Shown: positions 38,812-49,861, counted from the stretch's first letter. The stretch: DNA of 64,000 nt from Candidatus Obscuribacterales bacterium (GCA_965228855.1 CBDDIJ010000002.1:1472001-1536000), one strand, 5' to 3'. Made by a program: numbers and translations. Notes: generated by a model from the sequence alone, not told the origin.

Positions 38812-40893
38812 TTAATGCGCTAGTTCCGCATGGACCCTGGCGGTTGATATCAACTGTTGGGACACTGAGGGCGGGACGGCGGCGAGGTGATCGAACTGCC
38901 ATTCGTAATAGGCAAGCCCTTGAGTACTGGTCCGCAGCTCGATGATGTAGTCCCAGAGCTCCGCCTGGGGAAAATGAGCCGTGATAATGTCCCAACGTTG
39001 CCTGTCCGGATTTGCTCCGAAGCCAAGAATTTGACCTCTCCTCCCTGTGATGTGGCTCAGCACCGTCGAGGTGTATTCGTTTGGAACGTAAATTTTCGCT
39101 TCTGCAATCGGTTCCAAAATTATGGGCTGAGCTTTGACCATTCCCTCTTTCATGGCGAGGATTCCAGCCATTCGGAAGGACATCTCGTCGGAATCGACAT
39201 CGTGAAATTTGCCGTCATATAGGTTCACCGACACATCTACAACTGGAAACCCAGCAAGCGGTCCGTGTAAGAGAGCCTCCATCACTCCCTTTTCGGTGCC
39301 TGGAATGTATTGTCTCGGGACAGAACCGCCAACGATGGTTTCGGTAAATCTGTTGCCGGCTCCGCGCTCTAAAGGTTCGATACGAAGGAAAACTTCGCCG
39401 AATTGCCCTTTGCCACCAGTCTGCTTCTTATGGCGTCCGTGTGCGTCTACGGCGGTAAGGATCGTCTCCTTGTAAGAAATTTGCGGACGATTGCTATCGA
39501 GCTCGATGTGATATTTTCGCTCCAGGCGGTGTCTGCTGATCGAGAGATGGACCTCGCCCTGCCCATAGAGACAGTATTCATGCGTATCCGGGTCACGGTC
39601 AACTTTCAGAACAGGATCTTCTTCAATCAGTTTCCCAAGGAGTGTCGACAATTTCGCTTCATCCGATCGTGATTTTGGCGAGATGGCCAGAGAGTAGAAC
39701 GGAAGAGGACGCGGCGGTGTCGGCATCACATAGTTGCCTTCCGAGACAAGAGTGTCGCCGGTTCTCGGCGTCTCCATTCTTGCCAGCGCAACGATGCTTC
39801 CAGGTCCGGCGTGATCTATCGGGTCCTGCCGCTTGCCCTGAAGTGCATACAAACCGCCCACGCGTTCCTTGTGTCCGCTCTTGCTGGCGTCAAACAGTTG
39901 AGTGTCATGCCGGATTGTGCCGGAGAAAACTCGCACTATCGAGAGCTTGCCGGACTGCGGGTTGACGTAGGTTTTAATCACCTGCGCAATCACTGGTCCA
40001 TCGTCCTTCTGCGTAATTACTTGGCCGTCTCGATCTTTGATCTCCCGCTCCCCAGGTGACGGACAGAGGGATATGATTTCATCGAGAAGTGAAAATAAGC
40101 CTCCGTCAGTCACTGCTGAACCTATAAGAATCGGCACGAACAGTCCATTCTGGACTGCCGATTTGAGCTCTTGTTCCAGCATGTCGATCGATGGCTCTTC
40201 TCCTTCGAGAACCATTTCAAGTAGCCTGTCATCAGTGTCTGCGAGGCTCTCAATTAGTTTCTCACGAGCGCTGTTAACGGTTTCAGTCAAATCGGCCGGC
40301 ATCTCAATCTTAGATAGTGAGCCCTTTTCGCCAAATTTGTACGCTTCTTGTTTTAAAACATCGACAAATCCGGTGAACGATTCGCCCGTTCCAATCGGGT
40401 AATGCAGTGATGCGAAAGGGCGCGGTGTGTTTTTTCCTGGAATGTCCTTGAGTGCAGCGAGCGTTTCATCAAGCGGCAAATCATGTTTGTCCATTTTATT
40501 TATTATCAGAAGCCTTGCTATGCCCAGGTCTTCAGTGAAATTTAGCAGCGAGTCCAATTGAATCAATCTGTGAGGATCTGGTTCCACAACGAAAATCGCC
40601 GCGTCGACGCCCATTAATGCCAGTTTGACCTCTTCGGTGAAGTCTATGAATCCCGGGCAATCGAGAATATTGAATTGAACGTCTTTGTAGGTAGTATGAG
40701 CGAATGACACCTGGGTCGACAATTGACGTTCGACGGCTTCGGGTTCGTAATCGGTGGTCGTGTGCCCGTCGGCGATTTTGCCTCGACGGTTGTTGGCACC
40801 GGTTATGTGCAGGAGAGCCTCGATAAGGCTCGTCTTTCCACTCTTGTTGATTCCTATGAATGCTACGTTTCGTATATTGGCGGGACTTGACAC
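38812..40893 (-). CDS. fusA: Elongation factor G paralogue (EF-G2-like)
   Basis: 'IRNVAFIGINKSGKTSL', 'DCPGFIDF', 'NKMD', 'HKKQTGGKGQFGEV' and 'DGKFHDVDSDEMSF'. The P-loop diverges from canonical AHIDAGKTT. Confidence 0.9.
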   Translation of the reverse strand: MSSPANIRNVAFIGINKSGKTSLIEALLHITGANNRRGKIADGHTTTDYEPEAVERQLSTQVSFAHTTYKDVQFNILDCPGFIDFTEEVKLALMGVDAAIFVVEPDPHRLIQLDSLLNFTEDLGIARLLIINKMDKHDLPLDETLAALKDIPGKNTPRPFASLHYPIGTGESFTGFVDVLKQEAYKFGEKGSLSKIEMPADLTETVNSAREKLIESLADTDDRLLEMVLEGEEPSIDMLEQELKSAVQNGLFVPILIGSAVTDGGLFSLLDEIISLCPSPGEREIKDRDGQVITQKDDGPVIAQVIKTYVNPQSGKLSIVRVFSGTIRHDTQLFDASKSGHKERVGGLYALQGKRQDPIDHAGPGSIVALARMETPRTGDTLVSEGNYVMPTPPRPLPFYSLAISPKSRSDEAKLSTLLGKLIEEDPVLKVDRDPDTHEYCLYGQGEVHLSISRHRLERKYHIELDSNRPQISYKETILTAVDAHGRHKKQTGGKGQFGEVFLRIEPLERGAGNRFTETIVGGSVPRQYIPGTEKGVMEALLHGPLAGFPVVDVSVNLYDGKFHDVDSDEMSFRMAGILAMKEGMVKAQPIILEPIAEAKIYVPNEYTSTVLSHITGRRGQILGFGANPDRQRWDIITAHFPQAELWDYIIELRTSTQGLAYYEWQFDHLAAVPPSVSQQLISTARVHAELAH

Positions 40894-41129
40894 GACACTT
40901 CTCCTCTCGATGGGAAAGAAGGGCTTCCTGGGGCTCTGGGATAATTCATTCGGCTAGAGTTCAAACTTCACTTCCTTTTGCTGATGACAACTTGCGTTTT
41001 TCGACAAGTGGCAGTGGGAGCCGATAGCCGGGCTTCCACGAAATTGTCTTTAATTCGATTCTACACCTTGCGCAAAAAGATGCGCGCAACTCGACTCGGG
41101 CTGCGCGCATTGATGATTCAATCGCCGGA

Positions 41130-41654
41130 CTAGTGGTTGTATGTGTCCGTCGCTGGTCTTGCGCCTTTCGTTTGTGTCCCAAGCAGAGCGTTCTTAGGAT
41201 CTTCGTAGATTTGAGTCTGGAAGAGGCTCATGAATTTCTTGCTGGAGCGAACTGCCATCGGAAAGTTATACGTCAGAGGAGGCGAATAGGTAATTGCAGC
41301 CGGTTTGCTGGTGTCACCGCCAGTCACGATCCAGTTGATGGTCTTCGTGCCTGGCAGACCGCACAGGTCGAAACCGACAACCAGCAAAGGTATCGCTGTC
41401 AGAAAGAACAGCGGTCCGACAAACATGTGGCAGAGCAGACCCTGCTTGACCTTAATGAGAGAGCGTTCGCCAGGCGGTAAATGGATGAACCACGGCGAAA
41501 CCAAGGTAAATGGCAAAAATCCAGACCAGTAATGGATGCGACCGAGCACGACCGCGTTCCAAGCTTTGTAGCAAAATGAGCCGCCAAGAATAATTAGGAC
41601 GACGCCAATCGCGATCAAGGCTGGTGGAGGTAGTTGAGATAGGGCGTATTGCAT
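41130..41654 (-). CDS. Hypothetical membrane protein
   Basis: 174 aa with 2-3 hydrophobic segments. Confidence 0.65.
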   Translation of the reverse strand: MQYALSQLPPPALIAIGVVLIILGGSFCYKAWNAVVLGRIHYWSGFLPFTLVSPWFIHLPPGERSLIKVKQGLLCHMFVGPLFFLTAIPLLVVGFDLCGLPGTKTINWIVTGGDTSKPAAITYSPPLTYNFPMAVRSSKKFMSLFQTQIYEDPKNALLGTQTKGARPATDTYNH

Positions 41655-41814
41655 AGTAAGTTTGGTCCTGACGAGTTGATTAGCAAGAACTTGTCTAAAA
41701 CAAGTCTACAACGTTTCATGATGCTTATTATCATACCCAAGACTCTTGACGTGCGAGATACAATACAGCCTTAATTCGACATATGGGATCCGTACAAGGG
41801 GCAATCAGAAGGGT

Positions 41815-43611
41815 ATGAAACGAAGCATTGGCTGTGGGCGCTTGTCCCTCGACGATCTGGACAAAGAAGTTTGTGTAGCAGGCTGGGTCAACGTTAGACG
41901 CGACCTGGGCGGTTTGATTTTTCTCGAGCTCAGGGATCGTTCAGGTCGTTTGCAGTTGGTCGCCGACCCGAACAAGAACAAAGACGTTCACGAAAAATTT
42001 GTAACCTTGCGCAATGAATTCGTGATTATCGCCAAAGGAAAAATTAGTCGCCGCCCGGAAGGGACCGAGAAGCCGGACCAGCCGACTGGAATGATTGAAC
42101 TCTATCCGGATGAGATGGAGTTGTTGAACACGAGCCGTCCTCTGCCGTTTCAATTGGAACTCGGTCAGCAGGTCGACGAGTCGCTCCGGCTGAAATATAG
42201 ATATTTAGACCTGCGCCGTCGCGAAATGCAGCGCAACCTTATTCTGAGAAGTCGCGTAACCATCGCCATTCGCAAGTATCTTGACGAGAATGATTTCCTC
42301 GATGTTGAAACGCCCATCCTCACGAAAGCTACACCGGAAGGGGCTCGCGACTTCCTCGTTCCGAGCCGTTTAACTCCGGGCAGCTGGTATGCGTTACCGC
42401 AGTCGCCGCAGTTGTTTAAGCAAACGCTCATGGTCAGTGGTCTCGAGCGCTACTACCAGGTCGCGCGTTGTTTCCGCGATGAAGATTTGCGCGCCGATCG
42501 CCAGCCTGAGTTTACTCAGGTTGATATCGAGATGTCATTCATCAACGAAGAAGACATTTTTGAAATCTCTGAAGGGCTTTTGCAGCGTGCGTTCAAAGAG
42601 GCGGACGTTGACATCAAGGGACCTTTCCCCAGATTGACTTACAAAGAAGTAATGGATCGCTTCGGCAGTGACAAGCCGGACTTGCGCTTCGAGATGGAAA
42701 TTAAGGATTTGACCGAGGTTGCGAAGACCTGCGAGTTTCGCGCGTTTAAAGAAACCGTTGCCGCTGGTGGCGTTCTCAAAGCGCTCTGCCTCAAGGGGAT
42801 GGCGGAGAAAAGCTCGCGCAAAGATCTGGATGGCTGGCAGGAGGTTGCTAAAGGTTTCGGTGCAAAGGCGCTTGCCTGGCTGACTTTCAAATCTGAAGGT
42901 GTCAAATCTTCCGGCATCGACAAATTCTTTAAACCTGAAGAAATCGAACAGATGCGCCAACTCGCCGGAGCCGAGACCGGTGACATCGTGCTTCTGGTGG
43001 CCGATACCTATAAGGTCGTCACCAATGTGCTTGGACGCCTGCGTCTGAAGCTGGCAGAAGACCTCGGTCTTGTAGATGAGAGCAAGCATGCGCTTCTGTG
43101 GGTCATCGACTTCCCGGTATTCGAGTGGAATGAGGATGAGAACCGGCTTGAAGCAGTGCACCATCCATTCACAAGTCCGAGATTGGAAGATCTGGAAAAC
43201 TTTGACACGCAGCCGGAACTGGCGCGTGCCAGAGCGTACGACTGCGTATACAACGGTTGCGAAATCGGCGGCGGTTCAATCCGGATTCACTCCAAGGATG
43301 TGCAGTCCAAGGTCTTCTCGAAGATCGGCTTGACAGAAGAAACCGCTCGCGAAAAATTCGGATTCCTTCTGGACGCGCTAGATTCGGGCGCACCGCCCCA
43401 CGGAGGGATTGCTTTCGGACTGGACCGTCTGGTCATGCTCCTAGCGGGTTGCAAGTCGATAAGAGACGTGATCGCGTTTCCGAAAACGCAGTCCGGCGCT
43501 TGCCTCTTGACCGATGCACCATCGGCGGCACCAGACGAGCAACTCAAAGAATTGCAGTTGAAGCATGAAGCACCGAAACAACCAGCAAAAGTGACGGCAG
43601 ATAAAAGTTAG
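41815..43611 (+). CDS. aspS: Aspartyl-tRNA synthetase
   Basis: 'GWVNVRRDLGGLIF', 'RLKYRYLDLRR', 'ALPQSPQLFKQ', 'FRDEDLRADRQPEFTQ' and 'GAPPHGGIAFGLDR'. Start uncertain (ATG 41815; frame open from 41746). Confidence 0.97.
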   Translation: MKRSIGCGRLSLDDLDKEVCVAGWVNVRRDLGGLIFLELRDRSGRLQLVADPNKNKDVHEKFVTLRNEFVIIAKGKISRRPEGTEKPDQPTGMIELYPDEMELLNTSRPLPFQLELGQQVDESLRLKYRYLDLRRREMQRNLILRSRVTIAIRKYLDENDFLDVETPILTKATPEGARDFLVPSRLTPGSWYALPQSPQLFKQTLMVSGLERYYQVARCFRDEDLRADRQPEFTQVDIEMSFINEEDIFEISEGLLQRAFKEADVDIKGPFPRLTYKEVMDRFGSDKPDLRFEMEIKDLTEVAKTCEFRAFKETVAAGGVLKALCLKGMAEKSSRKDLDGWQEVAKGFGAKALAWLTFKSEGVKSSGIDKFFKPEEIEQMRQLAGAETGDIVLLVADTYKVVTNVLGRLRLKLAEDLGLVDESKHALLWVIDFPVFEWNEDENRLEAVHHPFTSPRLEDLENFDTQPELARARAYDCVYNGCEIGGGSIRIHSKDVQSKVFSKIGLTEETAREKFGFLLDALDSGAPPHGGIAFGLDRLVMLLAGCKSIRDVIAFPKTQSGACLLTDAPSAAPDEQLKELQLKHEAPKQPAKVTADKS

Positions 43612-43751
43612 GTTGACCGGTATTAGTGCCGGAGAAATGTAGGTTTTTCACCAGCCTGGAATTCTGGCGGATCGTGCTAGAATGCCATCAGCTGGATGCT
43701 TTGCCGACATCCTCGCTGCAATCACAGACTTGTTACTGCAATGAGCAATTC

Positions 43752-44624
43752 ATGTCACACGGAAACTCAAAACTGAACTTCGCTTTGAACGGATCGACCG
43801 CGCTTTCCGGCGGTCGTGCTCGCAAGGTTGCTTTTTCGGTCTTGAGTTTTTCTCTGGCTGCCTTCTGTTTAACCTCTTGTGCATCTAATTCCTCATCTAA
43901 TTCTGCTACCTCCGATGGACAGAGTCTTGAGTCGGCTCCGTTTGAGTTCAAAACTTCAACCGAGCATTTGTTGGAAGGCAACAACTATTTTAAGAAAGGC
44001 GATTATGCCAAAGCAGAGATCGCTTATCGCAAGGCTTTGAGGAAAGACCCGAACAATCCGACCGCGAAAAATAATCTTGGCGTCATTCTAAATGAGCTCG
44101 GCAAGCCGGACGAAGCGATTCCGATTTTGCAGGAAGCTATCAAAACTGACAATAAGAACGCAATTGCGCACTATGTCCTCGGAAAGGCTTTGAACTCGAA
44201 GCAGAGATTCGACGAGGCGTTTACGGAAGCGAAAGTGGCTACGGAACTCGACCCGACCGATCCAATTAGCTGGAGAACTCTAGGCGAGGCGGCACTTGGA
44301 AGGGGAGATATCGATACTGCAATTAGCTCTTTCAAACAAGCACTGATCATTGACGACACTCATGACCTCAGTCATCATAGATTGGCTCAGGCTCTGGCAA
44401 TCAAGGGTGATGTCGAAGGACAGATCGAGGAAGAGCGGAATGCGCTCGAACTAAATCCCAACAACATCGACGCTCGATTATCGCTGGCTATTGCGCTGAC
44501 GAATCAGGGCAAGCGCGATGATGCAATTGCTGAGTTGAAGGAGGTCCTGGAGATGGACCCGCGAAACAACACCGCTCAGAATCTCTATAAGCAAATAAGC
44601 CAGCAGCCAGCTAAAACGAATTAG
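43752..44624 (+). CDS. TPR-repeat lipoprotein
   Basis: Lipobox-like 'LTSC' after a hydrophobic stretch, then about six TPRs. ATG at 43752 chosen. Confidence 0.82.
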   Translation: MSHGNSKLNFALNGSTALSGGRARKVAFSVLSFSLAAFCLTSCASNSSSNSATSDGQSLESAPFEFKTSTEHLLEGNNYFKKGDYAKAEIAYRKALRKDPNNPTAKNNLGVILNELGKPDEAIPILQEAIKTDNKNAIAHYVLGKALNSKQRFDEAFTEAKVATELDPTDPISWRTLGEAALGRGDIDTAISSFKQALIIDDTHDLSHHRLAQALAIKGDVEGQIEEERNALELNPNNIDARLSLAIALTNQGKRDDAIAELKEVLEMDPRNNTAQNLYKQISQQPAKTN

Positions 44625-44908
44625 GCTCTAAGCCTCCTCCGGAACTAAGATGGCTAGTCCGTCGTGAGCTGGTCGTGATGTGCTCTTGTCAAATTGCAGC
44701 GAAAGTTCAAAATAGACTATTGAATCGATGTTTCTGCAAGTGTGGAAACTCTCTGAGCGATTTCGTGAAGACGCTGATTTAATCAGCGTTTTAGACGATG
44801 TTACTTTGCGTGCTCTCAAGTATCATGCGATTAGTCAAACGAACTAGGTCGGACTCGACTTCGTTTGTGACCAGCAGGTCAGTGACGTGATCCGACGGAG
44901 GGCGTCCA

Positions 44909-46513
44909 ATGTTTTCGCGCGTATTGTCCGGTGGCATCATCGGAGTTGATTCATACAAATTAGAAGTTGAAGTTGATTGCTGTGGCGGGATAGGTCAGAT
45001 TCAGGTAGTCGGATTGCCGGACGCTGCCGTCAAGGAATCACAGGAGCGTGTGAGGTCGGCCATTAAGGCGTGCGGGTTCATGCTGCCGCCTGCGAAGAAG
45101 TGGGTGGTAAATCTGGCTCCTGCCGATACCAAGAAAGAAGGACCGGCTTACGACCTGCCAATTGCTATCGGGATTCTGGCTTCATGCAGTCTTATACCGA
45201 CGCACAATTTAGATCGACTCTGGATGGTTGGAGAGCTGGGTTTGGACGGTAGCGTTCGCCCCGTGTCCGGCGTGCTACCTCTGGCAATTGCTTGCTTGCA
45301 GAGCGGTGCCTCAGGCATCATCGTGCCGGAAGCAAACGCAGAGGAAGCGGCACTGGTGGAGAAGCTGAAGGTCTTTCCTGTGAGTCATCTCCGACAGGCG
45401 GTTCTCGCGGTTGAGAGTTTGAAAAACGTTGCTGAGTTCGACTGTAACTTTAGAGAAACGTTTTCTCGAGAGGTATCGAATGCGATACCATCGACAAATT
45501 TTAGCGAGGTGAAAGGACAGGGCATGGCCAAGATGGCTCTGGAAGTCGCCGCCGCAGGGCGGCACAATGTGTTGATGGTCGGGCCTCCCGGAGCAGGCAA
45601 GTCGATGCTGGCGGAGAGATTGCCGACGATCATGCCACCTCTCGAATACGAGGAAGCTATAGAACTAACTAAGTTGTACAGCGTTGCGGGACTTCTGGAA
45701 AACGGTTCCGGTCTGGTGAAACAGCGACCTTTTCGAGCACCGCATCACAGCTCATCTGTGGCGGGGCTGATAGGAGGTGGCACGTCGCCGAAGCCGGGAG
45801 AAATCTCGTTGAGCCACCTGGGAATTTTGTTTCTGGATGAGTTGACCGAATTTTCCAAGTATCATCTAGACAATCTGCGGCAGCCTCTGGAAACGCGGAA
45901 AGTCACCATCAGCAGAGCCATGCACAGTCTTACATATCCTGCTTCATTTTTGCTGGTTGCAGCTTGCAATCCTTGTCCATGCGGATACAAAAACGACATC
46001 GCAAAATATTGTATTTGTACACCCGGACAAACGGATCGATACTGGTCGCGATTATCGGGACCGCTTCTCGATCGAATCGACATTCAGGTCACAACCCGTC
46101 GTTTGTGCGAAGAGGATTTGGCGCGGACGGAACCGGCGGAATCGTCTGAGTCGATAAGAGCTCGGGTTCAAAGGGCCGTTTACAAGCAGATGGCTCGCAA
46201 TATAGTTCAACCTAAGGTTGGCGATACCAGCACCAAACCGACGTTTTTCTACAACGCTCAGATTCCCAGCCGGATGCTCGGTGAAATCTGCCACATAAGC
46301 GAGTTTCAGCGGCGCTGGTTGGCCAGAGAAGTATCGAACCGCGGATTTACCGCCCGAGCGTTCGACCGAATCCTCAGATTGGCTCGCACTATCGCTGACT
46401 TGAAAGATTGCGATCAAATAGAGCACGGACATCTGCATGAAGCACTTCGGTACCGAACCCTCGAGGAGAGCACAAGTTCATCCTGGGGGGGTTCAATGAA
46501 GGCGTCTACCTGA
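44909..46513 (+). CDS. comM: YifB/ComM family Mg-chelatase-like AAA+ ATPase
   Basis: 'VGLPDAAVKESQERV', 'VNLAPAD', 'GPPGAGKS', 'PFRAPHH', 'LFLDE' and 'SGPLLDRID'. Confidence 0.92.
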   Translation: MFSRVLSGGIIGVDSYKLEVEVDCCGGIGQIQVVGLPDAAVKESQERVRSAIKACGFMLPPAKKWVVNLAPADTKKEGPAYDLPIAIGILASCSLIPTHNLDRLWMVGELGLDGSVRPVSGVLPLAIACLQSGASGIIVPEANAEEAALVEKLKVFPVSHLRQAVLAVESLKNVAEFDCNFRETFSREVSNAIPSTNFSEVKGQGMAKMALEVAAAGRHNVLMVGPPGAGKSMLAERLPTIMPPLEYEEAIELTKLYSVAGLLENGSGLVKQRPFRAPHHSSSVAGLIGGGTSPKPGEISLSHLGILFLDELTEFSKYHLDNLRQPLETRKVTISRAMHSLTYPASFLLVAACNPCPCGYKNDIAKYCICTPGQTDRYWSRLSGPLLDRIDIQVTTRRLCEEDLARTEPAESSESIRARVQRAVYKQMARNIVQPKVGDTSTKPTFFYNAQIPSRMLGEICHISEFQRRWLAREVSNRGFTARAFDRILRLARTIADLKDCDQIEHGHLHEALRYRTLEESTSSSWGGSMKAST

Positions 46514-46542
46514 TGTCGTATGAGGTGTTATCATGTTTGGCT

Positions 46543-46947
46543 ATGCACAAAATCAGTCGACAGATTCAATTTTGCTACGGGCACCGCCTACTCAACTATG
46601 AAGGCAAGTGCAAAAATCTGCATGGTCACAACGGCGTTGCCGTAGTCACCCTGGAGTCCAGAAGTCTTGACGATCTAGGTATGGTCGCGGATTTCTCAGA
46701 TGTTAAGAAAGCCGTCCTGCCCTGGATCGATCAAGAGTTCGATCATCGCATGCTACTGCACAAGGACGATCCACTGGTGCCGTTGTTGAAAGCTCAGGGC
46801 GACCCCGTGAAGGTACTCGATGTTAATCCGACAGCTGAAAATATTGCGCGTTTGATTTTCGACCACGTGAAATCTGCCGGCTTCCCGGTATCGGATGTGG
46901 TGCTATGGGAAACCCCGAATTGTTCGGCATCGTACTCCGGCGAGTAA
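46543..46947 (+). CDS. queD: 6-carboxy-5,6,7,8-tetrahydropterin synthase
   Basis: 'YGHRL...CKNLHGHN', 'DF', 'DH', 'NPTAENIA' and 'WETP'. Confidence 0.9.
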   Translation: MHKISRQIQFCYGHRLLNYEGKCKNLHGHNGVAVVTLESRSLDDLGMVADFSDVKKAVLPWIDQEFDHRMLLHKDDPLVPLLKAQGDPVKVLDVNPTAENIARLIFDHVKSAGFPVSDVVLWETPNCSASYSGE

Positions 46948-46954
46948 GGATTTT

Positions 46955-48340
46955 CTATTTCGCGCTTGCGGTCGCGAACAGCGCATTATGCAGTTGTTTC
47001 ACAGCCCTGTCAGCATCCTGGTTTGCGACTACGAAGCTCAGCGTGATATCGGACGCCCCACCTGAGATCATCACGATGTTGATGTCTTTAAGTGCGGCAA
47101 AAACCTGACCGGCAATTCCACTTTGAGCGCGGAAATGAGTCCCCACAACGGTGACGATAGCCACGTCATGCTGGACGCGCACATCGCAGAGTTCGTGCAG
47201 GCTTTCCAGAATCGACTCGATGTTGTCTTTGTTGTCGATGGTAACTGAGACCGATACTTCGGATGTCGCGATCAAGTCGATAGGCGTTCTGTACTTGTCG
47301 AAAACGGAGAAAACCTTAGCGAGAAATCCATGCGACATCAACATATTGAGTGAGTTGAAGAAGAGCGCGGAGATGTTCTTCTTGGAAGCGATCGCATAGA
47401 GTGGCTGCTCGTCGCTGGCCTCTTCGATGACGGTGCCTTTGCTTTCCGGGCGCAGAGTGTTTAGAATCCGAACGGGAATGTTTTTCTCGACGGCGGGCTT
47501 GATAGTAAGTGGGTGAAGAACTTTCGCACCGAAGTACGCGAGTTCCGACGCCGCTTTGAATGATACCGTTTGTAGTACCTGCGCTTCCGGAACGATTCGC
47601 GGATCGGCAGTCATCATGCCGTCTACGTCGGTCCAAATTTGAATTTCGTCAGCTTCGCAAGCGACGCCGAGAATGGCAGCGCTATAGTCGGAACCGCCGC
47701 GACCCAATGTTGTGGTAATACCACTGGCGGTGCTGCCAATAAAACCTTGCGTGACCACAACTCGTTCGTCTGCTAGCTCGGGAAGTATCGTCCCCTGTGC
47801 TTTAGCGGCCGTAGTTTCCCACAGGGGGTTGGCTTTGCCGAATACATTGTCGGTGACCAGAAATGTTCTTGCGTCCACCCAGGAAGATTCGACGCCTTCT
47901 TTCTCTAATAGGGTCGCAAAAATCAAGCTCGAAAGAAGTTCTCCGAAGCATGAGATGGCGTCGAGCGATCGTTTGGTCAGCTCACCAAGATAGCTTACGC
48001 CGCGCAGGATGATGTCGAGCTTGTTCAGGTGGTTTTCGAGCTGTTCAACCAGTTCGTCCACAACCGATGCCTGTTGGAATAACGTGTAAATGCAGTCTTT
48101 GTGTTTCTCGTGAATCTTATCGAGAATGTCGAGGGCAGCATCCAGGTCGCGTTCCTTGGCTGCGTTGGCCGCATTGATGAGCATGTCCGTCACCCCGGAC
48201 ATCGCCGAAAGCACGACTATGGGCGCGCCGTCCTTTTCTTTGGTAGCCTTGACGATCTCGAGGACGGATGTGAGCCTTTCGGCCGAGCCGACTGAAGTAC
48301 CGCCGAATTTCATCACGATCATAGAAGTGCCAGTCTCCAT
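46955..48340 (-). CDS. lysC: Aspartate kinase
   Basis: 'VMKFGGTSV', 'TTLGRGGSDYSA', 'WTDVDG' and 'FGAKVLHP', plus two ACT domains. Confidence 0.93.
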   Translation of the reverse strand: METGTSMIVMKFGGTSVGSAERLTSVLEIVKATKEKDGAPIVVLSAMSGVTDMLINAANAAKERDLDAALDILDKIHEKHKDCIYTLFQQASVVDELVEQLENHLNKLDIILRGVSYLGELTKRSLDAISCFGELLSSLIFATLLEKEGVESSWVDARTFLVTDNVFGKANPLWETTAAKAQGTILPELADERVVVTQGFIGSTASGITTTLGRGGSDYSAAILGVACEADEIQIWTDVDGMMTADPRIVPEAQVLQTVSFKAASELAYFGAKVLHPLTIKPAVEKNIPVRILNTLRPESKGTVIEEASDEQPLYAIASKKNISALFFNSLNMLMSHGFLAKVFSVFDKYRTPIDLIATSEVSVSVTIDNKDNIESILESLHELCDVRVQHDVAIVTVVGTHFRAQSGIAGQVFAALKDINIVMISGGASDITLSFVVANQDADRAVKQLHNALFATASAK

Positions 48341-48486
48341 GGTTGGCTCAGCTGCACAATTTCGTCGTTGAGGCAGTGATTAGCTGCGTGTCAAACAGAA
48401 ACAGTCTATTGAGCCTTCCAATTTTACCCGGCATCAAGCCGGAATAGATTGAGTATTGCGAACACTAACCGATTCTCAGGCTAAGC

Positions 48487-48516
48487 AAAAAGGACTGCGC
48501 GACGCGCAGCCCTTTT
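48487..48516 (-). terminator. Intrinsic terminator after murA (A/T tracts on both sides)
   Basis: aaaaagg-a-ctgcgc-gac-gcgcag-c-cctttt. Confidence 0.75.
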
Positions 48517-48544
48517 CAGATGATTCAGATGCCGATGCTCAGGC

Positions 48545-49861
48545 TTAGCGGCGCCAGATCTCAGCTCCAAGTGATCTGAGCTTTTCTTCGAGGCGATCGT
48601 AACCACGGTCAAGGTGTCTCAACCCGGTGACTTCGGTGATGCCTTCGGCGCCCAGACCGGCAACGATTAGTGCAGCTCCGGCTCTCAGATCGCTCGCTTT
48701 GACTTCAGCTCCCATGAGCTTGTCGACGCCTTTGACCACTGCGGCATTGCCCTTGATCACTACGTCGGCACCCATGCGTCTTAGTTCGGCAGCGTGCATG
48801 AAACGGTTTTCGTAAATGGTTTCTTCGATTATAGAAGTGCCATCTGCAACTGCCATGATCGGCATGAAAGGAGCTTGCAAGTCCGTGGGGAAGGCTGGAT
48901 AAGGCAAAGTTGTGATATCGGTGCCTTTGAATCTGGTGCCATCGCAGCGGACCCGGAAGACATCAGGTGCGTAAATCGCAACTTCTGCTCCCATCTCCTG
49001 GCACTTGCTGATCACTGCATAGAGGTGGTCGGCATGAGCGCCTTCGATCATAATTTCGCCGCCGGTAGCCATACATGCGAGCATGAAAGTACCGACTTCG
49101 ACGCGATCGGGAATGGTGTCGACAACCGCACCATGCATCTCTTCGAAGGGCACACCTTCGATTGTGATCTGGTAGGTGCCGGCGCCGGTAATTTTCGCGC
49201 CCATTGCGTTGCAGCAATCAGCGAGGTTTACGATTTCCGGATCTTGAGCGGCGTTTTCAATTGTTGTGGTGCCTTCTGCGCAAACTGCAGCAAGCATGAT
49301 GTTTTCTGTCGCACCGTTGGATGGACGATCGAGATAGATTCTGGAACCAACAAGCTTCTTCGCACTCGCTGAGACATAACCGTGATCGATTCTGACGTCG
49401 GCGCCAAGAATTTTCAAACCACGCTCGTGCAAGTCGAGTTTGCGTTCGCCGATGGAGCAACCACCGGGGAGTGAAACTTTTGCTTCGCGGAAGCGGCTGA
49501 GAAGAGGTCCGAGAACAACGAACGAAGCGCGGAGATGGCTAACCAGCTCGTAAGGTGCTTCCCAATCGTTGACACCCGATGCGTCGATGATGACTTCTTC
49601 GTTCTGGATGGTTACTTTAGCGCCGAGGTGGCGAAGAATCGCAGCCATCATGTGCACGTCGGTAAGATTCGGAACGTTGCGGAGAATGGTTGTATCTTTC
49701 GCAAGAAGAGCTGCCGCCATCATTTTGAGCACAGCATTCTTAGCGCCACCGACCTTTACAGATCCGTGCAGCTGTCTGCCGCCCTTGATGATAATGCGGG
49801 AATCGTCTTCAGGATTATTCTGAACGTTGGGAGGATCGACTCGGGTTGTCTTTGATTGCAT
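48545..49861 (-). CDS. murA: UDP-N-acetylglucosamine 1-carboxyvinyltransferase
   Basis: 'GAKNA', 'LPGGCSIGER' (catalytic Cys), 'FPTDLQ', 'ENRFMH', 'DLRAGA' and 'RGY'. Confidence 0.97.
   Translation of the reverse strand: MQSKTTRVDPPNVQNNPEDDSRIIIKGGRQLHGSVKVGGAKNAVLKMMAAALLAKDTTILRNVPNLTDVHMMAAILRHLGAKVTIQNEEVIIDASGVNDWEAPYELVSHLRASFVVLGPLLSRFREAKVSLPGGCSIGERKLDLHERGLKILGADVRIDHGYVSASAKKLVGSRIYLDRPSNGATENIMLAAVCAEGTTTIENAAQDPEIVNLADCCNAMGAKITGAGTYQITIEGVPFEEMHGAVVDTIPDRVEVGTFMLACMATGGEIMIEGAHADHLYAVISKCQEMGAEVAIYAPDVFRVRCDGTRFKGTDITTLPYPAFPTDLQAPFMPIMAVADGTSIIEETIYENRFMHAAELRRMGADVVIKGNAAVVKGVDKLMGAEVKASDLRAGAALIVAGLGAEGITEVTGLRHLDRGYDRLEEKLRSLGAEIWRR

Noticed and set aside
48341..48486. Lysine riboswitch before lysC
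   Set aside because: The region is short for the aptamer and lacks its recognisable conserved 5' AGAGG-GC element.
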